From NCBI GenBank assembly GCA_041937175.2, contig CP166615.1, positions 128,001-192,000 on the forward strand: a stretch of DNA of 64,000 nt, read 5' to 3'. The translations under genes were made by a program, and so were the position numbers. Under the pieces are notes generated by a model, which had not been told where the DNA came from, ran no database searches, and saw nothing but the letters and a program-made list of their open reading frames with translations. Source of the DNA: Limnothrix sp. BL-A-16 (lineage in GTDB: Bacteria > Cyanobacteriota > Cyanobacteriia > CACIAM-69d). Position 1 is the first letter of the stretch. Each line of letters begins with the position of its first letter. Below are positions 49,581 to 59,794 of this stretch, piece after piece.

Positions 49581-51305
49581 ATGAGCTTAGTCGTCCAAAC
49601 CACACCAAGAGCAGAAACAAAACTCAAATTGATGGTGGTTGATGACGAACCGGATAACCTCGATTTGTTGTATCGAACCTTCCGTCGCGACTTCGCGGTT
49701 TATAAGGCTGACAGTGGTTTCAATGCCTTGGAAGTGCTCGATCGCGACGGGGAAATGGCCGTGATCGTCTCAGACCAGCGGATGCCGGGCATGAACGGCA
49801 CTGAGTTTTTGAGCAAGACCGTCGATCGATTCCCCGACACGATCCGCATTATTCTGACCGGCTACACCGACGTAGAAGACCTCGTAGGAGCCATCAACTC
49901 CGGTAAAGTTTTCCGATATCTTACAAAGCCCTGGAGTCCCGACGAACTCAAATCCGTCGTGAACCAAGCGGCCGAAACCTATCGTGTGGTTAAGCGCCGC
50001 ACGAACGAGTTAAACCGGGCCCTACGCCGCGAATCTCTGTTTAACGCCATGATGAGCGCAATTCGGGAATCCCTGAATTACGACAGCATGTTGCCCACCA
50101 TTGCCCAGACCATCACCACCACCCTGAACGCCCATTGCGCCTTGTTGCAGCCCGTGGAAGGGGGGCAAGCCAAGGGGGAACCCCGGCGCTACCCACTCGA
50201 TCGGGATGACTGGAGCCTGACCCACGAAGACGGGCAATTGCGGGATCCGGTGCAAGCGGCCCTGGAGCACCTGACCATTCAGCAAACCCAAGTCAACACC
50301 GATGGCAGCGACAGCCCAGGGGGAGCCATCGATGAGTTGCTCATCCCCTTGGTCTATCAACAGGAATGTTTGGCCCTGTTGTCCCTGGTGCGCCAAGGAC
50401 AACCCGGCTGGCAAACCGATGAAGTGGCGTTGATTTCGGAGCTGACGGAACAGGCGGCCTTGGCCCTTTCCCAAGCCCGCCTGTATCAGCGCACCGAAGC
50501 CCAAACCCAGCAGTTCCGCATGGAGTTGGAAGTGGCGCGGCAGGTGCAAGCGGACTTGTTGCGCCAACATTGGCCAGAGGTACTCGGGGTGCGTGTGCAG
50601 GCGGAATGTCAGCCCGCGCGCGAGGTGGGGGGCGACTTTTTTGAAGTCTTTGTCCATCCTCAGGGGGATGTGTGGTTAGCGGTTGGGGATGTGTCCGGAA
50701 AGGGGGTTCCGGCGGCCCTATTTATGGCCAGTTCAATCTCTGTTTTACGCCAAGAACTGGCTCGGGCGGAGTCTCCGGAGCCGGATGAAGCGATTCGGCG
50801 GCTGAATCGGGCCCTGTTTGAAAATTTGTTTAATAGCAATCGATTCATTACGATTGCCCTAGCACGCTACACTCCCAGCACAAGACGCTTGAGCTATGCC
50901 AACGCGGGTCACGTCTACCCCGTGGTTTGGTCGCCCCAGGTGGTTCAGGAAAAAGTCCTGGCCGGTGGCGATCTCAAGGAAATTGAGCCAACCTATCTCA
51001 AGGCGCGGGGAGTGCCGCTGGGTATCTTGCCGGAGTGGAAAGGTACGGGGGGGGAACAGACTCTAGAGCCAGGGGAGGCTCTGCTGATGGCCAGTGACGG
51101 AATTACGGAAGCAACAGTGGCGAACATACAACTCCCGGGAACAAGTTTGGTGAACGGCTCAATGTTGCAACAGGAGGGCCTGTGGGAACTGTTGAAGCAA
51201 CAAGGAAGCCCGTTTGATCTCAAGCGCTTGTTGGCGACCTTGCAACAGGTTGCGCCCGACGAGCAAGAAGACGACCAGACCCTACTGCTGCTGGAGGTTC
51301 TGTAA
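49581..51305 (+). CDS. Receiver-GAF-SpoIIE (PP2C, RsbU-like) phosphatase
   Basis: VVDDE...SDQRMP receiver; GAF segment; VGGDFF, GDVSGKG, ANAGH, SDGITE, DDQTLL. Confidence 0.92.
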   Translation: MSLVVQTTPRAETKLKLMVVDDEPDNLDLLYRTFRRDFAVYKADSGFNALEVLDRDGEMAVIVSDQRMPGMNGTEFLSKTVDRFPDTIRIILTGYTDVEDLVGAINSGKVFRYLTKPWSPDELKSVVNQAAETYRVVKRRTNELNRALRRESLFNAMMSAIRESLNYDSMLPTIAQTITTTLNAHCALLQPVEGGQAKGEPRRYPLDRDDWSLTHEDGQLRDPVQAALEHLTIQQTQVNTDGSDSPGGAIDELLIPLVYQQECLALLSLVRQGQPGWQTDEVALISELTEQAALALSQARLYQRTEAQTQQFRMELEVARQVQADLLRQHWPEVLGVRVQAECQPAREVGGDFFEVFVHPQGDVWLAVGDVSGKGVPAALFMASSISVLRQELARAESPEPDEAIRRLNRALFENLFNSNRFITIALARYTPSTRRLSYANAGHVYPVVWSPQVVQEKVLAGGDLKEIEPTYLKARGVPLGILPEWKGTGGEQTLEPGEALLMASDGITEATVANIQLPGTSLVNGSMLQQEGLWELLKQQGSPFDLKRLLATLQQVAPDEQEDDQTLLLLEVL

Positions 51306-51309
51306 ACCG

Positions 51310-51750
51310 ATGAGAACTGAAATCCAAGTCCCAAGCAACTTGAAGTTTCTAACCATTGTTGAGCAGTGGTTACTCGGTTCCCTGGAAATTGAGCTAGGCG
51401 ATCGAGTGGATTGGGCCCGCCAGTCGAACCGTCTACGGTTGGTGTTGGCGGAGGCCTATTCCAATGTGGTGCGCCATGCCCACAAGGATCGCCCCCACTT
51501 GCCGGTGGAAATGTCGGTGGAGGTGCAGGATCGGGAGCTGGCGATCGAGATTTGGGATCGTGGCCAGGGCTTCAGTTTGGATAATTACCTGCCGCCAGTG
51601 CCGGAAGCCAAGCAGGAAAATGGCTATGGCTGGTTGATTTTGAACCGGCTGATGGATCGGGTGGAATATCGGTTGCAGGTGGATGGCAAAAACTGCCTGG
51701 TGCTGTTGGCGACGTTGCCCCCTCGGGAAGAGTCCCAAATGAAAAACTAG
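51310..51750 (+). CDS. Anti-sigma factor Ser/Thr kinase (RsbW-like HATPase)
   Basis: EAYSNVVRHA, DRGQGF, GYGWLILNRLMD; starts 4 nt after the phosphatase stop. Confidence 0.88.
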   Translation: MRTEIQVPSNLKFLTIVEQWLLGSLEIELGDRVDWARQSNRLRLVLAEAYSNVVRHAHKDRPHLPVEMSVEVQDRELAIEIWDRGQGFSLDNYLPPVPEAKQENGYGWLILNRLMDRVEYRLQVDGKNCLVLLATLPPREESQMKN

Positions 51751-51878
51751 GACTAGAGGCTCTAGGGCTACGGGCTAGTGGATCGAACAGTTCGATCGGG
51801 TCGGCTATGGGGGCTAGTCCAGTTCCTGAGCGATTGCCCATGCTCGCCTGCGATCGCCCCAATGGTGGGGCCGATCGC

Positions 51879-52661
51879 CTAAGCCATCACTTCCGCCATC
51901 AGGTCGTCGGTCATTTCAAAGTTGGTGGCGACACTTTGCACGTCGTCTAAGTCCTCGATCGTGTCCATCATTTTGATCAGGGCTTTGGCCTGATCATGAT
52001 CGGTCACGGCGACCGTGTTGGTGGGAAACCAACGGGTTTCCGATTGCCACACCCGAAATCCACGCGCCTTCAGCACCGATTCCAAATTTTCCAAGTTATC
52101 GGGGGCTGTTTTGACTTCAAACCCCACGAGATCAAACCCCTTTTGATCTTGACCAGAAAAGGGATCATAGGATTCCCCTTCCCCCTCGATCGAGGCTTCC
52201 AGCAGCGCATCTTCCTCGATCGCCTCGCCCACGATGGTGACCACGCCCTTGTTTTCAAACATCCAACCCACGCAGCCGGTTTCCCCCAGGTTGCCGCCGT
52301 TTTTGCTGAAGGCCACGCGCAGGTCAGCAGCGGTGCGGTTGCGGTTGTCCGTGAGGGCTTCAATCAGCACGGCCACGCCACCGGGGCCATAGCCCTCATA
52401 GCGAATGGCTTCCAGCTCGGCCCCTTCCCCCGCCAGCCGACCGGCCCCCTTGGCGATCGCCCGATCAATGTTGGCATTGGGCACGCCGGCCGCTTTGGCC
52501 TTGTCGATCGCTGTCCGCAGTTGGAAATTACCGGTAGGATCCGCACCGCTGCGCGCCGCCACGATAATTTCCCGCGACAGCTTGGTAAAGACACTGCCGC
52601 GCACCGCATCCACCCGGGCCTTTTGGCGCTTAATGTTTGCCCATTTACTATGTCCGGCCAT
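51879..52661 (-). CDS. yebC: YebC/PmpR family protein
   Basis: MAGHSKWANIK, YEGYGPGG, TDNRNRT, LDDVQSV. Confidence 0.95.
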   Translation of the reverse strand: MAGHSKWANIKRQKARVDAVRGSVFTKLSREIIVAARSGADPTGNFQLRTAIDKAKAAGVPNANIDRAIAKGAGRLAGEGAELEAIRYEGYGPGGVAVLIEALTDNRNRTAADLRVAFSKNGGNLGETGCVGWMFENKGVVTIVGEAIEEDALLEASIEGEGESYDPFSGQDQKGFDLVGFEVKTAPDNLENLESVLKARGFRVWQSETRWFPTNTVAVTDHDQAKALIKMMDTIEDLDDVQSVATNFEMTDDLMAEVMA

Positions 52662-52862
52662 GGCTCCAACTAAATCGATGAAAGATTGAACGAACCCAGG
52701 ACTCAGATCGGTCTTTGGCGAGACGAATCAAAGTTTGCCTTGATCGCTTTGAAATTTTAAGGGCCGATGCGATCGAACGGGATTAAGTTGCCCAATTTTC
52801 TAAACGCTCTTGTCTAAACGCTGCTCATTATTCCACTAACGCTCACGACGATTAAAAGACCA

Positions 52863-55800
52863 ATGCATAGGATTGCTGCGTTGCCCGGTGGCTGGGAACC
52901 GAATACAGAAGGCGTTATTTTTGTGGAGCAAACCCCGGCTCCGATCATTATTTTGACGGCCAAAGATACGGATATTCAAACGCTATCGATCGCCCGTCGA
53001 TCGCTGCCGGAAAATTTCCCAGCCATCCGCGCCACCAACCTTTTACAACTTCAGCAGCAACTGACGATTGATACCTATGCTGAGGAAGTTTTGTCGCAAG
53101 CGCAGGTGATTGTGTTGCGCTTGTTGGGGGGCCGTGCCTATTGGAGCTATGGGCTAGAGGTGGTGCGAGATTTAGCAGAGCGATCGGACGTTGGGCTGTT
53201 GGTTTTGCCCGGAGACGATCGCCCAGATCCTGATTTGGTTTCCCATTCAACGGCTTCCTTGAGTTTGTGTGACCAGATTTGGCGCTACTTGAATGAAGGA
53301 GGCGTGGAGAATGTTCAAAATGCGCTCTTGAAATTATCAGATACCTATTTTCAAACGCAATATCAGCCTCCCAGTCCTCAGCCGATCGAACGTTGGGGAT
53401 TTTACCAATATCCTCAAAATAACGCCCCTGAAAGTGCCCCAGTTTCTGAACCCATTGGAACCGTTGGGATTTTATTTTATCGAGCCTATTATCAAGCGGG
53501 AAATTTAGTAGCGATCGATCAACTATGCCGTGCCCTGTTGGCGGTGAATTTGCAACCCGTGCCCATCTACGTGGCTTCGTTGCAAGATTTGGATATTCAG
53601 GAAGAGGTGGGTTCCGCTCTGAAATCTCAGGCGATCGACCTGTTATTGGCTTCAACGGGATTTGCAATCACCAAGGCTCAATCGACCCTTGGCCAGGCGC
53701 AACCCCATTCCCTTTGGCAGCGGTTAAATGTGCCTGTTTTGCAAATTATTTTGAGCAGTGGAACCCAGGAGCAATGGCTCGCCAATCAGCAAGGGTTATC
53801 CCCTCGGGATATGGCCATGCAAGTGGCACTGCCGGAGGTGGATGGCCGGGTGGCAACTCGGCTGGTGGCTTGCAAATCGGTGCAACAGCGCGATCGAGAT
53901 TTAGAAACAGAAACGATCGCGCTTGAACCCATGCCTGATCGCTTGGATTTTGTGGCACAACTGGCGGCTAATTGGGTGAAGTTGCGGCGATCGGCTCCCA
54001 GGGATCGCCCGATCGCCATTGTGTTGGCCAACTATCCAAATCGGGATGGGCGCTTGGCCAATGGTGTTGGCTTAGATACGCCCCAAAGTTGTGTTGATTT
54101 TCTGTGGGCTTTGGCGCGATCGGGCTATGACTTGGGTGATTTAGAACAATTGCCAACAACCGGCGATCAACTCATTCAGCAACTGACCCAAGGAACAACC
54201 AATGATCCTGAGGGCTGGATGGGTCGATCCATTCATCAATATTTATCGTTTACGAACTATCAAACTTGGTTTGAAACCTTGCCGATCGAGGTGCAAAGGG
54301 CAATCAATCAACGCTGGGGATCCCTGACTAACCCGAAGCCAGATCATGAGCAATGTTTTCCCAAAACTTTGATTGAAAAAGAACCGGTTATTCCTATTTC
54401 AGGGTTGCAATGGGGCAAGGTTTTTGTGGGCATTCAACCGGCCCGAGGATACGATCGAGACCCCAGCTTGAACTATCACGCGCCAGACTTGGAACCCACC
54501 CATGAATATTTAGCCTTTTATGAATGGTTGCGATCGCAATTTGCTGCTCAAGCAATCATCCACTTTGGGAAGCATGGCAATTTAGAATGGTTGCCCGGAA
54601 AAGGCATTGCTCTCTCAGAGAATTGCTTCCCGGAAATTGCCCTTGGCCCGGTTCCTCATTTCTATCCATTTATTGTGAATGATCCCGGTGAAGGCTCGCA
54701 AGCCAAACGACGGGCCCAAGCGGTGATTTTAGATCACCTAACGCCACCGCTAACCAGAGCCGAGTTATATGGTGATTTGAGTTTGATTGAGGGCCTGATT
54801 GATGAATATTATGAGGCTCAAAGTCTCGATCCCAAGCGAACTCGGGTGATTGTTCCCAAGTTGCTGAAACTCATTGAAGATAACCAGCTCGATCGAGATT
54901 TAAAACTCAAGTTAAGAGTCGCTAACCAATCTCTGGCTCAGGGATCAAACTCAGCTCAGGTTGCTATTGACAATCAATCGGCGGTTGAAGATCTGATCGC
55001 CGCCCTGGATGGCTATCTTTGCGAACTGAAGGAAGCCCAAATTCGGGATGGCTTGCATGTTTTTGGGTGCTGTCCCACGGGCGATCAATTGCGTGATTTG
55101 ACCGTGGCGATCGCCCGTTCTGCCCAAGGGGGCCAAGGGGGGCTGACGCGGGCGATCGCCCAAGATTGGCAACTGAGCTTCGATCCCCTCACGGCCGATT
55201 GGGGCGATCCGTTGCCGGAGGTTGATCGCTGCCCCCACTTAGCCACCTGCCGTACCTTGGGAGACGCGATCGCCGCCTTGGAAACCCAGGCCAGCGAAGC
55301 CGTGGCGGCCCTGATTGCCGATCGGCCCTGGCCGTCCGTGGGATCCCACACGGATCAGGCTTTGGCTTGGGTGCGCGATCGGCTCCTGCCTGCCCTGCGC
55401 CAAACGCCCCAGGAAATCGATCGGCTCTTGCAGGGACTCAATGGCGAATTTGTGCCGCCGGGGCCATCGGGGGCCCCCAGCCGGGGCCGCGCGGACGTGT
55501 TGCCCACCGGCCGCAATTTCTACTCGGTGGATTTGCGATCCCTGCCCACGGAAAGTGCTTGGGAAGTGGGGCGCAAGGCCGCCGACACCCTGATCGAACG
55601 CTATGTTCAGGAAAATGGCGATTATCCAACCACTCTCGGGCTGTCGGTTTGGGGCACTTCCACCATGCGCACCGGAGGCGATGACTTAGCAGAAGCGTTG
55701 GCGCTGTTGGGGGTGCGGCCCCGTTGGGATGGGGCGGCGCGGCGGGTGGTGGGGGTGGAGGTGTTGCCCCTGTCCGCGATCGGGCGGCCCAGGGTGGATG

Positions 55801-56768
55801 TGACCCTGCGAATTTCTGGGTTTTTTCGGGATGCCTTCCCCAACCTGATTGAACTGTTCGATCGGGCGGTTTACCTGGTGGCCGGTTTGGACGAAGCCGC
55901 CGCCGACAACCCGATCGCCCAGCGCGTGCGCCAGGAAACCGCCCAATGGCAAGCCAGCGGCCTGACCCGGGAGCAGGCTAGCACCCGTGCCCATTACCGA
56001 ATTTTTGGTTCCAAGCCCGGAGCCTACGGTGCAGGTCTTCAGGGTCTGATTGAGGCTCAAAACTGGCAAAGCGACCAGGACTTAGCCCGGGCCTATCTGA
56101 ACTGGAGCAGCTATGCCTACAGTTGCGCGGGTCGTTCTGGCCCGGTCAGCGGGGATGCACCCAGCAATGGACTGGCGGCCCCGATCGGGCGATCGGCCCC
56201 GGAAGTCTTTGAGCAGCGATTACGGGAAATGCAAGTGGTTTTGCAGAACCAAGATAACCGTGAACATGACCTTTTAGATTCCGATGATTACTATCAATTT
56301 CAAGGGGGCTTAACGGCCGCCGTGCGCGTCATTTCTGGGCAACAACCCACCGTTTATTTTGGAGACAATTCGCAACCCGATCGCCCCCGTACCCGATCGC
56401 TGACGGAAGAAATTGCCCGAGTCTATCGATCGCGCGTGGTGAACCCCAAATGGATCGCCTCCGCCATGCGCCACGGTTACAAGGGAGCCTTTGAAATGGC
56501 CGCCACCCTCGATTATCTCTTTGCCTACGATGCCACGGCCCGCTGTGTCGAAGACTTCATGTATGACGGCGTGGCAGAGGCCTATCTGCTCGATCGCACT
56601 GTTCAGGACTTTGTGCGCCAGAAAAATCCCTGGGCCCTGCGGGATATGGCAGAGCGTTTGCTAGAAGCCCATCAGCGTGGTTTATGGATCCCTGCTGATC
56701 CCCAACGATTGGATCAACTACAAGCGATCGCCCTAGAAGCGGAAGCCGACCTAGAAGCTCGGTCATAG
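52863..56768 (+). CDS. cobN: Cobaltochelatase subunit CobN
   Basis: MHRIAA start, LPEVDGR, HFGKHGNLEWLPGK, LPTGRNFYSVD, SRVVNPKWI; 1301 aa. Confidence 0.95.
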   Translation: MHRIAALPGGWEPNTEGVIFVEQTPAPIIILTAKDTDIQTLSIARRSLPENFPAIRATNLLQLQQQLTIDTYAEEVLSQAQVIVLRLLGGRAYWSYGLEVVRDLAERSDVGLLVLPGDDRPDPDLVSHSTASLSLCDQIWRYLNEGGVENVQNALLKLSDTYFQTQYQPPSPQPIERWGFYQYPQNNAPESAPVSEPIGTVGILFYRAYYQAGNLVAIDQLCRALLAVNLQPVPIYVASLQDLDIQEEVGSALKSQAIDLLLASTGFAITKAQSTLGQAQPHSLWQRLNVPVLQIILSSGTQEQWLANQQGLSPRDMAMQVALPEVDGRVATRLVACKSVQQRDRDLETETIALEPMPDRLDFVAQLAANWVKLRRSAPRDRPIAIVLANYPNRDGRLANGVGLDTPQSCVDFLWALARSGYDLGDLEQLPTTGDQLIQQLTQGTTNDPEGWMGRSIHQYLSFTNYQTWFETLPIEVQRAINQRWGSLTNPKPDHEQCFPKTLIEKEPVIPISGLQWGKVFVGIQPARGYDRDPSLNYHAPDLEPTHEYLAFYEWLRSQFAAQAIIHFGKHGNLEWLPGKGIALSENCFPEIALGPVPHFYPFIVNDPGEGSQAKRRAQAVILDHLTPPLTRAELYGDLSLIEGLIDEYYEAQSLDPKRTRVIVPKLLKLIEDNQLDRDLKLKLRVANQSLAQGSNSAQVAIDNQSAVEDLIAALDGYLCELKEAQIRDGLHVFGCCPTGDQLRDLTVAIARSAQGGQGGLTRAIAQDWQLSFDPLTADWGDPLPEVDRCPHLATCRTLGDAIAALETQASEAVAALIADRPWPSVGSHTDQALAWVRDRLLPALRQTPQEIDRLLQGLNGEFVPPGPSGAPSRGRADVLPTGRNFYSVDLRSLPTESAWEVGRKAADTLIERYVQENGDYPTTLGLSVWGTSTMRTGGDDLAEALALLGVRPRWDGAARRVVGVEVLPLSAIGRPRVDVTLRISGFFRDAFPNLIELFDRAVYLVAGLDEAAADNPIAQRVRQETAQWQASGLTREQASTRAHYRIFGSKPGAYGAGLQGLIEAQNWQSDQDLARAYLNWSSYAYSCAGRSGPVSGDAPSNGLAAPIGRSAPEVFEQRLREMQVVLQNQDNREHDLLDSDDYYQFQGGLTAAVRVISGQQPTVYFGDNSQPDRPRTRSLTEEIARVYRSRVVNPKWIASAMRHGYKGAFEMAATLDYLFAYDATARCVEDFMYDGVAEAYLLDRTVQDFVRQKNPWALRDMAERLLEAHQRGLWIPADPQRLDQLQAIALEAEADLEARS

Positions 56769-56828
56769 TACGAGGGCGATCGGCTATTTCACGAATTTCC
56801 ATCATTCTTGCTGATCCCTACTGTTTTC

Positions 56829-57087
56829 GAGGATGTCTGAAAATCCAAAATTGCTACTCTGTCCGCTTCAGTGATCGACTTCAGTGATCGACGTAGACAA
56901 GGGGCTTAAGCCCCTTGCCCCCACAACTATTGGTGCTTGGCACGGGACGAAAGATACAGCCTTTACCTCAAACGATTGGTACGTCAGATCGCAGATGATA
57001 CGAAGCTGTTAGTCGGTGGGCATTGCTCACCCTACAGTCTGCTGTACTTATTAAGCGAGGTAAGGGCTGTACTTTCCAAACATCCTC
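56829..57087 (-). mobile_element. MITE, end-type A, expanded by a 13-bp duplication and a nested insertion
   Basis: Ends GAGGATGTCTGAAAA / TTTCCAAACATCCTC; hairpin at 56898-56917; removing the 115-bp insert and the 13-bp duplication restores 131 bp. Confidence 0.85.
56957..57069. mobile_element. Nested 113-bp MITE (end-type C) with TA duplication and internal REP-like palindrome
   Basis: TIR CAGCCTTTACCTC / GAGGTAAGGGCTG (12/13 match), TA at 56955-56 and 57070-71; minus-strand GTAGGGTGAGCAATGCCCACC at 57015-57035. Confidence 0.8.
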
Positions 57088-57583
57088 TTAGAAGTTTCTA
57101 ATCGCCATCAATCTTCATGGAAGACCGTGTTTTTTATTGAATCGGACATTCAATGGGGTCAGAAACTCTCGCCAAACTGTATTCTTGTAGAAAATTTTGA
57201 TTTGAATATAGATGTAAATGCTGATTCAAAAATAGCCAATGTAAAAATAAAATGCATCCCATTAATTCAAAAATAAGCAATAACGCAAATAATGAAATTA
57301 TTGGCAAATTTAATCGACTACAAAATAATAGAACCTTCTGCTCATAAAATTATCAACAAATATGGCGACTTCTAGACATTGAATTGAGAATCAGAGACAC
57401 TAGAGATGGTTTCTAATTCAGCATGAAACTTAACAAGCACTTAACTATTTTTTGGTATGACTAAATTCGGTGATTGCTGATCATTCTGGGGCGGCCCCTA
57501 CTTTGATTTTCAGCGATCCCTCGTTAACTCTGGCTGACGCGGCCTGCTTTTTTGATCCCAGCCAGCCCTCAAGGAGCCTAGCC

Positions 57584-58105
57584 ATGTACCACAAAATTTT
57601 GATTGCCATTGAAGATCCTTCCGTTGACCATGCTCCTTTTCGCCAGGGGATTGACCTAGCCGAAAAACTAGGTGCATCGGTCATGTTGCTGCATGTGCTG
57701 TTTCCCGGCGAAGGCAATGCCCCCATGCCCCCCGGTGACGATTTATTTTTTGTGCCGGCTTTTCTGCCTGATGATGCTTTGCTGCAGCGCTATCACGAAG
57801 CTTGGCAGTCCTATATTGACGAAAACCTGAAACAGCTCAAAGTTTTGGCCGATGTGGCCGCGGAACGCCAAATTCCTACCGAGTGGTCTCAAAACCACGG
57901 TTCGCCCGGTAAGGTCATTTGTCAGCTTGCCCATACCTGGGAAGCGGATTTGGTGGTGGTGGGGCATCGTCGTCAATCGACGCTGAGTGAGCTATTCATG
58001 GGCAGTGTCAGTAACTATGTGCTGCACCATTGTCCCTGTGCGGTTTTGGTGACCCAGGAGGTGTCGGAGGAAGCAAACCCCAGTGAACCGGTGGCTAATC
58101 CGTAG
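57584..58105 (+). CDS. Universal stress protein (UspA family)
   Basis: YHKILIAI, GSPGKVIC, ADLVVVG, MGSVSNYVLHHCPCAVLV; AAGGAG RBS. Confidence 0.92.
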   Translation: MYHKILIAIEDPSVDHAPFRQGIDLAEKLGASVMLLHVLFPGEGNAPMPPGDDLFFVPAFLPDDALLQRYHEAWQSYIDENLKQLKVLADVAAERQIPTEWSQNHGSPGKVICQLAHTWEADLVVVGHRRQSTLSELFMGSVSNYVLHHCPCAVLVTQEVSEEANPSEPVANP

Positions 58106-58665
58106 GCGGTTGCAGCGCCAGAGCAGCACGGAACCAGCGCCCGATCGGAACGTTAGGGTTTAGTTGTCTCAGGGGCTTGAATTTTCGACTCCTGTGATCG
58201 AGCCAATTTTGGGTTGAAGGTTAGGGTGGGATGGCCAAAATCTGAGCCTTGGTGCAAACATGCGCTAGATTTTGGCCGGCTCCCGATAATTTGCACGGAA
58301 CAGCCCGATCGGGAATGGAACTAGGTAGTTAGTGCCCATCCTCGCGGTCTATGCTAGGCTCAACAGGAGGTGTTCTGGGGCCATAAGTTTGCCTCATAGC
58401 ATCGGGCAATTTGCGTTAAGCATTCTCAGCAAACCCTCGATCCGCACGATCAGTCACGATCAGCTCAGTGATCAACTTAGTGATCAACTCAGATCCGCAG
58501 CGATTAGGCTTTTCAACCGATCGCGCAGCTCGATAACCCTGGCTAGAGAATACTCAGTTGCTCGATTGGGTCAGTGCCTCGGTGCTGCACTCACTAAGAG
58601 AATTGCGATCACCTAGCCCGTCCAATCCGGATCTGCTTGCTCCGGTCTTGTTTGATGTAGGCAAT

Positions 58666-59520
58666 ATGGAGATTGCGCTTTCACCCGATTTTCTAGTCCG
58701 TTTCTGGGGCGTGCGAGGCAGCATTCCTGCACCGGGCAAGTCCACCGTGCGGTATGGCGGCAACACGTCCTGCGTGGAGTTGTGTGTGGGCGGGCGGCGC
58801 TTAATCTTTGATGGCGGTACGGGCCTGCGGTCTTTGGCTGAGTCAATGGCTCCTGGCGAAGCCCTGGATGCCTTTCTGTTCTTCACGCATTACCACTGGG
58901 ATCATATTCAGGGTGTGCCGTTTTTTGCGCCCCTGTTCACGCCGGGTAATCGGCTGACGGTGTATGGGTGTCAAACGAATACGGGCGAGCCGCTGAAACA
59001 TCATTTTTGCGATCGAATTCTGAACCCCCATTCCCCCATTCCCGTGGGACAAATCAAGGCGGAGGTCGATTTTTATGACCTAACGGCTGGGGATCAGTTT
59101 GTGGTGGATGGGGATATTGAAATTGAGACGGGGCTGCTCAACCATCCCAACGGAGCCATGGGCTACCGGATTACCTGGAATGGAAAAACGGTGGTCTATG
59201 CCACGGATACGGAGCATTTGCCCGATCGAATGGATGAGCACGTGGTGCAACTGTCTCGTGAGGCAGACGTGCTGATTTACGATGCCATGTACACCGATGA
59301 GGAATACAACAACCCCCGATCGTCCAAGGTGGGTTGGGGTCACTCCACTTGGCAAGAGGGAGTCAAGTTGGCGGAAGTGGCGGGCGTAAAGCATCTGGCG
59401 GTTTTTCACCACGAGCCAAACCACAGTGATGATTTTCTAGATGAAGTGGAACGGCAACTGAAGGAGCGATCGCCCGATTCTTTCCTGGCTCGCGAAGGCA
59501 TGGAATTCAAAATTCCCTAA
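58666..59520 (+). CDS. MBL-fold metallo-hydrolase
   Basis: FWGVRGSIP, YGGNTSC, DGGTG, THYHWDHIQG, YATDTEH, GWGHST, FHHEP. Confidence 0.9.
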   Translation: MEIALSPDFLVRFWGVRGSIPAPGKSTVRYGGNTSCVELCVGGRRLIFDGGTGLRSLAESMAPGEALDAFLFFTHYHWDHIQGVPFFAPLFTPGNRLTVYGCQTNTGEPLKHHFCDRILNPHSPIPVGQIKAEVDFYDLTAGDQFVVDGDIEIETGLLNHPNGAMGYRITWNGKTVVYATDTEHLPDRMDEHVVQLSREADVLIYDAMYTDEEYNNPRSSKVGWGHSTWQEGVKLAEVAGVKHLAVFHHEPNHSDDFLDEVERQLKERSPDSFLAREGMEFKIP

Positions 59521-59575
59521 CTCGAAGCAGACCAAGAATTTCAGAAGTCTCAGAGATCCCAAAAATCCCAATAGC

Positions 59576-59713
59576 AAGGGTGTCTGGAAAGCCAAAGTCG
59601 CTACCTTGTAGGTCTCATCAACCCATGAAGACAAGGGGCTTAAGCCCCTTGCCCCGACGACGGTTGACGATTAGTGCATAGCAATTACCCTAGGTTACTG
59701 GTCATACATCCCA
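59576..59713 (-). mobile_element. MITE, end-type A, degenerate
   Basis: AAGGGTGTCTGGAAAGCCAAA...TCATACATCCC; intact hairpin at 59632-59651. Confidence 0.65.
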
Positions 59714-59794
59714 CAAGCTATCCGCATCAATGCTGCGTCTGATCAAGCCGGATCAAATCGCACGCGATCTAACTTGGAAATTACAACTGAAACA

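Noticed and set aside
52662..52862. Possible cobalamin riboswitch before cobN
   Set aside because: The region is short, shared with divergent yebC, and shows no B12-box features
52863..56768. Apparent GC shift within cobN (AT-richer 5' part, GC-richer after about 55050)
   Set aside because: Judged by eye only; the ORF is intact, and mosaicism cannot be supported without computation
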